Shown: positions 8,315-16,600 of the stretch, piece after piece
How the letters are laid out: each line of letters opens with the position of its first letter
Position numbering within the stretch: position 1 is the stretch's first letter
NCBI GenBank assembly: GCA_963795085.1
Contig: CAWCFX010000001.1
Location: 416,001 to 480,000, forward strand
Length of the DNA stretch: 64,000 bases
Source: an uncultured Gemmatimonadales bacterium
Lineage (GTDB): Bacteria; Gemmatimonadota; Gemmatimonadetes; Gemmatimonadales; GWC2-71-9
Direction of reading: 5' to 3'
The notes under the pieces: model-generated
The model's database searches: none
What the model saw: only the letters and a program-made list of their open reading frames with translations
What the model was told of the DNA's origin: nothing
Program-made: the position numbers and the translations under genes

Positions 8315-10521
8315 ACGTCGGGCGCTGGTCGATTATCTGCCTCATAGCGTTCCCTGTGTCCCGGGCGAATGCTCAAACGTACACCGTGCGGGGAGTAGTA
8401 ACCTCTGAAGAGGATCGGGCACCACTGCGAAACGTGAGTGTTCGTACAGTCCTATCTCAGATTGCCGGGGCGACCGATCGATTCGGAAGATTCGCTCTTC
8501 AAATGCAGGCTGAGCAGGATACACTGATCGTAGCATATATCGGACGGTCGCCGGTACGAATTGCCATTAACCGGGACAGCGGTGTGCTGCTCATATCCCT
8601 CAGGGCTTCTGCTATTCCCCTTAATGACGTTGTGGTCTCGGCAGGTGGGTCACCAAGCAAGCTACACGGAGTGAACCGTTGGGAGTTGCCAGCCGCTGCG
8701 CTTCGGTTGGTCCCTTCAGCAATTGAAGTGGATCCGTTGCGATCCCTTAGCCTTATACCGGCCGTTACATACTCAACTCCGCTTTCATCCCGCCCCATCA
8801 TTCGAGGCTATGACGCGGACCATACCAGTATACGGCTGGACGGGTTCGACATGGTGAATCCATTTCATATCGGGAGGTTCTTTGGGGCGCTGCCAGCGGA
8901 AGCGGTTCAACAGGTGGCAGTTGGGAGTGCCCCACTCGAGGCGGGCGTGGGTGGGACCGTTGCGGGGATCATTGATGTGACTGGTCGCGTTGGTCCGACC
9001 GACTCAACACGCGGGGGTACAAATCTGAGCCTCATATCAGCCTCTCCCTGGATGAGCGGGGGCCAGCGGTCTTCGTGGTTTGGTGCTGGTCGGTTCGTGC
9101 ATCTCTCCGCACTTGATCACGTTACCAGTTCAAGTATCCCGTACAATTTCCAGGATATTTACCTGGGCGGATCACTCGCGGGTGACGAAGGTCAACGGGT
9201 GAGAGTTACAGCGTTCGGGTCCCGCGATGACCTGTTCGATCAGGATGATGGTGTGGGGATGAAGTGGAGCAATGTTCTCCTCGGCGTGCGGTCCCGAGTC
9301 TGGGAAACACCTGGCATAGCATTGGATGTTGCCGGTGTAACCACCAGGTTCGCCGAGAAGGCTTCTAATGTCGGAGCCAGGTTCGCCCATATCGATATCG
9401 AGAATCGCTTTGGGCGTACGGGTGCAAACACAGACCTTACGCTTCGGAGCAGGAGAACCAGCTTCGGGTTTGGCGCGGGATTTTACCGGCGCGCAATCAA
9501 GAACCGGATACACCTGAGGTCTGGAGAAGGGTTCGGGGAGCAGGATACTGATATCACAACCTCTGAAATCAACGGCTATGCTCAACTGGAGCAGTCCGTC
9601 GGGGGTGCAACCGTTCAAATTGGGCTGAGAGGCGAAGCATCACCCTCCGTCACCTCGTGGCAACCAAGAGTTAGGATCCACCTCCCATTGGGATCTAATC
9701 TAGGTTTGGGCGTTGGAGTCGGGCGTACTGCCCGATTATTTCACCTGATCTCGGACCCCAGATCAGAGCCAGATGTTGCCTTTTACGATTTTTGGCTGTC
9801 AGCCGGCGAGGGCGGCATTCCGCTGCCGCGCATAGATCACGCTTCTCTGGATCTTAATTGGATAAGGTCCCGCGTTGGCCTCAGAGTGTCTGGCTTTGGC
9901 TCGAGAGGGGAGGGCATTGGTGAGTTACGCCCGACCACAGACCATACAGTATCCCAGGATCATCAGTTCCGGTTCGGTGAGACCAGGACATTCGGGATTG
10001 AAGCTCAGGCAGGAGCAGCTCTGGGAACCACTGGAGCGAGTTCCGTATCTTTATCCTATGTGCTTAGCTGGAGCGAAAGGAAGTGGGCTGGACAATGGGT
10101 CCCCTGGTCCCAGGACAGACGGCATGTCTTGAGGCTGTTCATTCAGAAACCCATGGGTAGGTGGAAGCTTGTCGGGACGATTGAGGCCGCATCCGGCCTT
10201 CCGCTGACTCCAGTCAGCCAGGTCATCACTACCGGTATTCCAGATTCAACAGGTCAAGGGCGAGAGTCAGAATACATCTTTGGTGCGGAAAATAGTGCGC
10301 GAAGCTCCGGTACGTTGCGCGGCGACGTCGGAGTCACATATGTATTCAAGGGACCGTGGAAGAGTCGTATGTCGTTTGGATTTAGCGTTATGAATGTTGG
10401 CTTTGGTCCAGTGGCCCCCATCGAGGCCAAACCACTAGCCTTCGGCTCAACCGTAGTGAGGTATGAGCGTTTGTTTGACTTGCCGGCCATTCCAACTGCG
10501 ACTTTTAGAATCGAATTCTGA
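8305..10521 (+). CDS. TonB-dependent outer membrane receptor with an N-terminal carboxypeptidase-regulatory-like domain
   Basis: Signal peptide ending ANA-Q, VRGVV..D..PL..VSV...G..TD..G.F.L domain, plug motif IIRG...T.IRLDG...NPFH..G, amphipathic beta strands, terminal Phe. Confidence 0.9.
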   Translation: MGLNVGRWSIICLIAFPVSRANAQTYTVRGVVTSEEDRAPLRNVSVRTVLSQIAGATDRFGRFALQMQAEQDTLIVAYIGRSPVRIAINRDSGVLLISLRASAIPLNDVVVSAGGSPSKLHGVNRWELPAAALRLVPSAIEVDPLRSLSLIPAVTYSTPLSSRPIIRGYDADHTSIRLDGFDMVNPFHIGRFFGALPAEAVQQVAVGSAPLEAGVGGTVAGIIDVTGRVGPTDSTRGGTNLSLISASPWMSGGQRSSWFGAGRFVHLSALDHVTSSSIPYNFQDIYLGGSLAGDEGQRVRVTAFGSRDDLFDQDDGVGMKWSNVLLGVRSRVWETPGIALDVAGVTTRFAEKASNVGARFAHIDIENRFGRTGANTDLTLRSRRTSFGFGAGFYRRAIKNRIHLRSGEGFGEQDTDITTSEINGYAQLEQSVGGATVQIGLRGEASPSVTSWQPRVRIHLPLGSNLGLGVGVGRTARLFHLISDPRSEPDVAFYDFWLSAGEGGIPLPRIDHASLDLNWIRSRVGLRVSGFGSRGEGIGELRPTTDHTVSQDHQFRFGETRTFGIEAQAGAALGTTGASSVSLSYVLSWSERKWAGQWVPWSQDRRHVLRLFIQKPMGRWKLVGTIEAASGLPLTPVSQVITTGIPDSTGQGRESEYIFGAENSARSSGTLRGDVGVTYVFKGPWKSRMSFGFSVMNVGFGPVAPIEAKPLAFGSTVVRYERLFDLPAIPTATFRIEF

Positions 10522-10525
10522 TGGG

Positions 10526-10634
10526 TGAATCGCCCCGGCTTTTCCGGAGGCTCGGTTAGTTGAGTCCCACGGCCGCGACCAGGGTGTCGTGAACCTTGAG
10601 GTACTGCGCTTCATACTCCGCCGGGGGCACATAG
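10526..10634 (-). mobile_element. Right-end remnant of a second IS3-family element (IS51/IS6110-like)
   Basis: Terminal IR TGAATCGCCCCGGCTTTTCCGGAGGC on the plus strand. Minus strand encodes an OrfB-like C-terminus YVPPAEYEAQYLKVHDTLVAAVGLN*. Confidence 0.8.
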
Positions 10635-10802
10635 CGGAGATTAAAGATCTGAAAAAGAGCCAAGCCTGGCCACAATCTCGTATGCGGCATTAGGAGGCCG
10701 CTGGGGGAACTGCTGGAACTAACCCGCCTAGCTTGACCGTTCTGCCGCTTGGGTGGGCCAGAAGGGCCGCCCTGTCCGAGAGTGGCCCATATGCCACTAA
10801 AG

Positions 10803-10844
10803 TCCTAAGTCCTGCGCGTCTGCCAGTTCCGCCACGCTCGCGAG
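10803..10844 (-). repeat. att-like 42-bp direct repeat, copy 2: displaced 5' half of tRNA-Leu
   Basis: Identical to 4810-4851. Covers tRNA nucleotide 1 (10841) through the 7-nt anticodon loop. TAGATT -10-like hexamer upstream at 10852-10857. Confidence 0.95.
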
Positions 10845-11092
10845 AGACCCAAATCTAACGTCGAAACACCCTTCGTCCCTGGCCCCGCGGTTCGGGAAAC
10901 CTTCGCTCCGGCCGAGCACCTTCCCGGTCGCCCCCGATAACCTGTCACTCACGTACTACAGATTCGCACTTCACTCCTGAAATCTGCTGGTTCTCCTGCA
11001 CCAGCATACCCGTCATGCTGTACCAGCATGCCCGTCATGCTGATCCAGCGTCCTGGTACACTTCTACAGATTGCCGGGCGGGACCAACAGGG

Positions 11093-11585
11093 GACCGGTC
11101 CGGTCCTGCAGGAGACTACTACCTCATTGTGAGATGACCGTCCGGTCCGACAGGACGCCACTACCTCATTGTGAGGTGACCGGTCCGGTCCGACAGGGGA
11201 CCACTACCTCATTGTGAGGTGACCGGTCCGGTCCGACAGGGGACCACTACCTCATTGTGAGGTGACCGGTCCGGCCCGACAGGAGACCACTACCTCATTG
11301 TGAGGGCGCCGGTCCGGTCCTGCAGGAGACCACTACCTCATTGTGAGGGCGCCGGTCCGGTCCGACAGGACGCCACTACCTCATTGTGAGGTGACCGGTC
11401 CGGTCCGACAGGGGACCACTACCTCATTGTGAGGGCGCCGGTCCGGTCCTGCAGGAGACCACTACCTCATTGTGAGGGCGCCGGTCCGGTCCGACAGGGG
11501 ACCACTACCTCATTGTGAGGTGACCGGTCCGGTCCTGCACCTTGCCGGTCCACCATTGAGAGATGTCCGGGTCCCTCCTGCAGGT
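11093..11585. repeat. Non-coding 43-bp tandem array, 10 well-conserved units plus degenerate edges
   Basis: CTACCTCATTGTGAG starts at 11119, 11161, 11204, 11247, 11290, 11333, 11376, 11419, 11462 and 11505. Confidence 0.97.
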
Positions 11586-11667
11586 TGCCAGTACCCAATC
11601 GACCGCACCGTGGTCCATGTCGGTAACTGCTGATGACACAACGACATCAGGCCGCCCCTCGACACAT

Positions 11668-11880
11668 TCAATCCCCTCCGCCATCCCCACCCCCATCGCA
11701 GCCCCCGTCACCCCCGCCATCCGCACCGCCGTCTCCGCCGGTGGTCCACCAGGAGGTGTCTCCTGCTGCCCGAGCCGGCAACAATCCCCGCTTTCGCGCC
11801 CCCCAGCGCAGGGCCGTGATGAGGCCCAGCGCGATCGCGAAACTGCCGGCGAGATAGAGCACCAGGTAGATCACCACCAT
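11668..11880 (-). CDS. Small membrane protein with a Gly/Asp-rich C-terminal tail
   Basis: SD GAGGA, one N-terminal TM helix, tail GGDGGADGGGDGGCDGGGDGGGD. Confidence 0.6.
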   Translation of the reverse strand: MVVIYLVLYLAGSFAIALGLITALRWGARKRGLLPARAAGDTSWWTTGGDGGADGGGDGGCDGGGDGGGD

Positions 11881-12019
11881 AGTATCCTCTCAGTATCCTT
11901 CCGGCCGAGTATCCGCGCGCATGGCCAACTTCCTCGTGACAGCCCTCACCGTGCCCCGCCGAGGCGAGGGGTAACTTGACGGCGGACCGGAACACCTGAC
12001 TTGAATCTCAGCCAAGCCC

Positions 12020-12985
12020 ATGCCCCGTCAAGCTCTCTATCTCGTTCTCGCGTCACTGGTTACGCCGCTCGGCGCATGCAAGATACCCGCCAGCGCCACC
12101 CCGCCACCCGCCGAAGCCTCCGCCGAGATGACGGCGCTGGCCGGGGCCTCCGTGATGATCGCTACCGGCGACATCGCCTCCTGCGGCTCCGACGGCGACG
12201 AACTGACCGCCGTCCTGGTGGACAGCCTGCTCAAGGCGGACAGCGCCGCCGGTGTCACCGATGTGGTGGCCATTCTGGGCGACAACGCGTACCCCGGCGG
12301 GACCGCCCGGGACTTCGAGCGCTGCTTCACCCCCTCCTGGGGCGACCCGAACAAGAGCATCATGAAGCAGGTGCGGCCCACCCCCGGCAACCACGAGCAC
12401 CTGACCGACATGGCCACACCCTATTACAAATATTTCGGTGACCGGGCCGGGTCTCCCAGCAAAGGCTACTACGCCTACGACCTGGGCGAATGGCGGGTGA
12501 TCGTGCTGAACAGCGAAATGGTCGTGAACAGTTCGTTTGCCTCGGCGGAACAGGACGCCCAGCGGGACTGGCTCCGCAACGAACTCCAGGCCAACCAGAA
12601 GAAGTGCACCATGGCCTACATGCACCACCCGAGGTTCAGTTCCGGCTGGCACGGCAGCGACCTCCGCATGGAACCCTTCTGGCAGATTCTGTACGACGCC
12701 GGCGTGGACGTGGTCCTCTCCGGCCACGACCATGAGTACGAGCGGTTTGCGTCCCAGACACCTTCCGGCGTGGCCGATACCGCCAAGGGCATCGTCCAGT
12801 TTGTCGTGGGGACCGGCGGCGGGGAATTGCGCGGCTTTCGCACCCAGCCGGCCCCCAACAGCATGTCTCGGGTCGAAGGGCACTTCGGGATCCTCAAGAT
12901 GGCGCTGGGCGCCGAAGGCTACCAGTACGCGTTCATTGACACCGAGCGGCGGATCTGGGATCCCGGCGCGGGGGTGTGCCACTGA
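12020..12985 (+). CDS. Calcineurin-like metallophosphoesterase, probable lipoprotein
   Basis: Lipobox LGAC. Motifs GD, LGDNAY, GNHE, HHP, GHDH. Confidence 0.9.
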   Translation: MPRQALYLVLASLVTPLGACKIPASATPPPAEASAEMTALAGASVMIATGDIASCGSDGDELTAVLVDSLLKADSAAGVTDVVAILGDNAYPGGTARDFERCFTPSWGDPNKSIMKQVRPTPGNHEHLTDMATPYYKYFGDRAGSPSKGYYAYDLGEWRVIVLNSEMVVNSSFASAEQDAQRDWLRNELQANQKKCTMAYMHHPRFSSGWHGSDLRMEPFWQILYDAGVDVVLSGHDHEYERFASQTPSGVADTAKGIVQFVVGTGGGELRGFRTQPAPNSMSRVEGHFGILKMALGAEGYQYAFIDTERRIWDPGAGVCH

Positions 12986-12988
12986 AAA

Positions 12989-13161
12989 GCGTGCAGCGTG
13001 CGGTGTGCAGCGTGCAGCGTGCGGTGTGCAGCGTGCGGCGTGCGGCGTGCAGCGTGCGGCGTGCGGCGTGCGGCGTGCGGCGTGCAGCGTGCGGCGTGCA
13101 GCGTGCAGCGTGCGGCGTGCGGGTGTGAACGCTCCACGCTTTATGCTCCACGCTCCACGCT
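12989..13161. repeat. Heptamer tandem repeat (GCGTGCR) ~19 copies, followed by GCTCCAC heptamers
   Basis: Direct reading. Lies between two convergent stop codons. Confidence 0.95.
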
Positions 13162-15419
13162 TACCTTGTCAGCGCCGCCGCCGCGGAATCCACCACCGCC
13201 GCCGTCCCTCGCACCGCCGCCGCGACCCGTTCGATCTCCCGATCCGCACGCTGCCACTCTCGCTGCTCGATGGACTCCCGCACGCCGGGCATCGTCTTGA
13301 CCCCATAGCCGGTGTAAAACCCCGGTGCGTAGATCAGGTGCTGGAACCAGGGGCGGTTGGGGAGCCCCTCGCGGCTGGCCAGCGCGCGCTCGCTCCTGAG
13401 GAGAAGCGCATTGACCGCCGCCAGATTTCTTCGGTCGAGGCTTGCGACTGAATCGGACAGCGCCGCCGCGTATGCCTGGTTGAACGACTCGGCCGCGGCG
13501 GTCAGCGCCGCGAGGGCATTCTCCAGCGGCGCGAAGTTAAGGTGCGGGGGCTGGTCCAGCGGCCGGGGGTCACTGGTGGGAACCCGCGGATCGCGGGTGG
13601 CCCGGTGGACACCCTCCTCAAGCTGCATCGTGAGCTCTCGGCTCTCCGCCTGGCGCTCGTTCACCAGCGTCCTGATCTCGCCGAGATAGCGTCCGTAGGT
13701 ATCCGCCTGCCGGGAGAACTCGAACGGCAGCAGCTGGGCGCTGGCCAGCCGCATGACCGCAGTCCCCACCGTCTGGGAAAGCGCCGCCCCATACGCGAAG
13801 GAGGAATCGCTGAAGGTGCTGTACCAGCGGTAGTCGTCATAGATGGAGTGGTAGATCCCGCCGCCGTCCTCGCCGCCGTACCCCAGGTTAAGCGACGCGA
13901 TGGCCAGGTGCTGCAGAAAGGGCGTGAAGTCGGACCCGGATCCCAGGGCGTCGAGGCGCAGGTCGCCGCGGGACCGCGCCTCGGCCCGGGTCTCCGGGTT
14001 GCCTCCCTGGATGGTTCGCAGCTGCAGCCGCTTCCAAGCCGACAACCCCGTCTCCGGATCGGTGATATCGCGTGCCACTTCGTTCATGAACCGCTCCAGG
14101 CTGTGGGAGCCGCCCATGTCGAGATAGCCGCGGCCGTTGCCGTCGGTGTTGAGGTAGGCGACGGCCTTCCGGTCGAGTTCTTCGGCGTGGGTCTCCGCCC
14201 ACTCGGTGGAGCCCAGCAGCCCCTGTTCTTCACCGCCCCAGGCGGCGTAGATGATCGTACGGGCCGGCCGCCACCCCTGGCGGTAGAGCGTTCCCAGCGC
14301 CCGCGCCTCTTCCATCAGCGCCACCTGGCCCGAGACGGGATCCTCGGCGCCGTTCACCCAGGCGTCGTGGTGATTGCCGCGTACCACCCATTGGTCCGGC
14401 TGGGTAGCCCCGGGCAGCCGGGCGATGACGTTATAAACCCGGGCCGTCTTCCAGTCGGACCGCACCTTGAGCCGCACCCGGGCGGGACCCGGCCCGATAT
14501 GATAGGTGATGGGAAGTCCGCCCTGCCAGGCGCGGGGCGCGGTGGCCCCGCCCAGGGCCGCGAGCAGCGGCTGCGCGTCGCCGTAGGAAATCGGCAGGAC
14601 GGGGATCCGCGTGAGGGTGGTGGCCTCGGCGATTGACTTGCGGGGGGCGCCTTCCACGGCGCCGATCCCCGGGGTGAGCGGGTCGCCCGGGTGGAGCGGC
14701 ATATCCATCACGCTTCCCCGCTGGACGCCGGTGCTGGGCCGCCAGGGTCCGTCCGGATAGACGTCCCCGCCATGGTACCCATCGTCCCGCGGATCGGAGT
14801 ATATGATGCAGCCGACGGCGCCACGCTCGGCCGCCAGCTTGGGCTTGATGCCTCTCCAACTGGCGCCATAGCGGGCGATCACGATGGCGCCCTTGACGCT
14901 GATGCCGCGCCGCTCCAGCGAGTCGTAATCCGCCGGGATGCCGTAGTTCACATAGACCAGCGGCGCGGTCACGTCGCCGTCTATGGAGTAGGCGTTGTAG
15001 GAGGGCAGCTGCTCGGACTGCTGGCTTGAGGTCGGGTCTCCCGGCAGGGCCGGCTCGACCAGGCGTGCGCGGAACCGCCGCGGCGCGACCAGTTCCACCA
15101 CCCGCTCGAGCGGCGTCGGGAAGAGCACATCGAACGTCTCCAGTTTCGCATCCCACCCCCAGGAGGCGAGCCGGTCCCGGATCCACTCGGCGTTGGCCCG
15201 GTCGTAGGGGCTGCCCAGGTGGTGGGGGCGCGCCGCGAGGTGCCGCATGTAGGCGCGGAGGCTGTCCCGGTCCGGCAACGCGCGGAACTTTTCTTCCCAG
15301 CCGCGCTGGACCCGCGCCGCCTCGGCGGAGAACCCCCGGATCGGCGGGTCCGCAACGGGGCCACGGGGGAGAACCAGCAGGACGGCGAGCACCGAAAGAA
15401 CCGGCCGCACACGGGTCAT
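13161..15419 (-). CDS. M28 peptidase, glutamate carboxypeptidase II/PSMA-like (PA and TFR dimer domains)
   Basis: Signal peptide, YVNYG PA domain, GNHHDAW, GA.DP.SG, WGGEEQGLLGSTEW, GSGSDF, YHSIYD. Confidence 0.93.
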   Translation of the reverse strand: MTRVRPVLSVLAVLLVLPRGPVADPPIRGFSAEAARVQRGWEEKFRALPDRDSLRAYMRHLAARPHHLGSPYDRANAEWIRDRLASWGWDAKLETFDVLFPTPLERVVELVAPRRFRARLVEPALPGDPTSSQQSEQLPSYNAYSIDGDVTAPLVYVNYGIPADYDSLERRGISVKGAIVIARYGASWRGIKPKLAAERGAVGCIIYSDPRDDGYHGGDVYPDGPWRPSTGVQRGSVMDMPLHPGDPLTPGIGAVEGAPRKSIAEATTLTRIPVLPISYGDAQPLLAALGGATAPRAWQGGLPITYHIGPGPARVRLKVRSDWKTARVYNVIARLPGATQPDQWVVRGNHHDAWVNGAEDPVSGQVALMEEARALGTLYRQGWRPARTIIYAAWGGEEQGLLGSTEWAETHAEELDRKAVAYLNTDGNGRGYLDMGGSHSLERFMNEVARDITDPETGLSAWKRLQLRTIQGGNPETRAEARSRGDLRLDALGSGSDFTPFLQHLAIASLNLGYGGEDGGGIYHSIYDDYRWYSTFSDSSFAYGAALSQTVGTAVMRLASAQLLPFEFSRQADTYGRYLGEIRTLVNERQAESRELTMQLEEGVHRATRDPRVPTSDPRPLDQPPHLNFAPLENALAALTAAAESFNQAYAAALSDSVASLDRRNLAAVNALLLRSERALASREGLPNRPWFQHLIYAPGFYTGYGVKTMPGVRESIEQREWQRADREIERVAAAVRGTAAVVDSAAAALTR

Positions 15420-15436
15420 GAAAGGCTCCGGTTAGA

Positions 15437-15471
15437 AGGGGGCAAGGGGGTAAGGGGGTAAGGGGGCAAGG
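15437..15471. repeat. Octamer tandem repeat (GGGGGYAA) x4
   Basis: gggggcaagggggtaagggggtaagggggcaagg. Confidence 0.85.
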
Positions 15472-15492
15472 TAAACTCCTGGCCCCTGTCTC

Positions 15493-15699
15493 TCACTCCA
15501 GCGGAATTCCCCGCTCGATGTCCAGGAACGTCCCCAGTTCGGGGATCTCGAGCCGGGCCCGCGCCAGCAGCTGGCCGGTGCCGTCAATCTTGCCGGAACG
15601 GACGGCCGAAAGGACGGCCTCCTCGATCGCTTGCTGGGCGGTGACACCAAATTCCTTCAGGAATCGGCGGATTCCGCCGTCCAGGACTTCCGCGTTCAT
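15493..15699 (-). CDS. Small conserved protein, DUF6494-like
   Basis: MN.E......IRRFLKEFGVTAQQAIEEAV pattern. SD GAAGGGG. Confidence 0.7.
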   Translation of the reverse strand: MNAEVLDGGIRRFLKEFGVTAQQAIEEAVLSAVRSGKIDGTGQLLARARLEIPELGTFLDIERGIPLE

Positions 15700-15841
15700 G
15701 ATGGCCCCTTCATTAGGTATGTCTGGATATGTCAATCATAAACGGGTCGGGGGGTGACAGCAGTCACCGACCCGATCCCGCCCGGATGGCATTTAGGAGC
15801 GGTGGAATCTGGTCAACCAGCAAACAGGAGCGACGAGAACC

Positions 15842-15970
15842 ATGAGCAAGCTGTTGCGGGGCCTGGCAGCGGGGTACGGGGCGAAGAAACTGGGCGGCGG
15901 CTGCATCAGCACGGTGCTGATCTTCCTGCTGCTGTGGTGGTTGCTGGGGAACTTCGGGATCTTCAAATAA
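15842..15970 (+). CDS. 42-aa small membrane protein, absent from the ORF track
   Basis: AGGAG upstream. MSKLLRGLAAGYGAKKLGGGCISTVLIFLLLWWLLGNFGIFK*. Codon usage matches the host. Confidence 0.75.
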   Translation: MSKLLRGLAAGYGAKKLGGGCISTVLIFLLLWWLLGNFGIFK

Positions 15971-15982
15971 GGGGGGGAGATT

Positions 15983-16590
15983 TCTACTGGAGACGAGCCC
16001 TGCCTTGAACAACAAAGTCCGAAAAGCAAATATTCAACAAGGCTTATTGGGTCCCGCAGCATAGTACCGGAGACAGGCCCTGCTTTGACACGAAAGCACG
16101 AAAAACAAACAGCAAATGTTTTCCTGTTTTATCGTTCTTCGTGCTTTTGTGATAAGGCAGGCTTGCACCTCTGTACAATCTTTACCTCTCCAGGATCAGG
16201 CTTGCCTCTCCGTACAATTTCTGGCCCCGTGTCCGGTAGGATAGTACTGGAGACAGCCCCTGCCTTGACACGAAAGCACGAAATACAAACAGAAAAGAAA
16301 CTTTTTCTTGTTTTATCATTCTTCGTGCTTTTGTGATCAGGCAGGCTTGCACCTCTGTACAATCTTTACCTCTCCAGGATCAGGCTTGCACCTCTGTACA
16401 ATTTCTGGCCCGGGTCCCGTAGGATAGTACTGGAGACGGGCCCTGCCTTGACACAAAAGCACGAAAAACAGACAGAAAAGAATCGTTTTTCCTGCTTTAT
16501 CATTTCTTCGTGCTTTTGTGATAAGGCAGGCTTGCACCTCTGTACAATCTTTACGTCCAGGATCAGGCTTGCATCTCTGTACAATCTCCA
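15983..16590. repeat. Three tandem ~181-bp units (plus a partial one) of a palindromic intergenic element
   Basis: Units start at 16061, 16241 and 16424. Each has GCCCTGCYTTGACAC.AAAGCACGAA ... TTCGTGCTTTTGTGAT.AGGCAGGC around an A-rich/T-rich core. Confidence 0.92.
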
Positions 16591-16600
16591 CTCCACCACG

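Larger units (their letters stand above)
4852..10802. mobile_element. Genomic island integrated in tRNA-Leu; no integrase gene seen
   Basis: Flanked by a 42-bp tRNA-derived direct repeat. Visibly lower GC and different codon usage than the flanks. IS remnants at both ends. Confidence 0.85.

Noticed and set aside
4960..10634. Functional composite transposon
   Set aside because: The ends belong to different IS3 subgroups, the right-hand IR faces the cargo, and no intact transposase remains.
4852..10802. Prophage or self-mobile ICE
   Set aside because: No integrase, phage or conjugation genes were recognised.
11093..11585. CRISPR array
   Set aside because: The sequence between palindromic cores is near-identical and not unique spacers. 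No cas genes or AT-rich leader in the window.
12537..13451. ORFs with RAACSVQ/HAARRTP repeats
   Set aside because: Translations of the heptamer array. The same applies to similar ORFs at 58444-59139, 32859-33199 and 39666.
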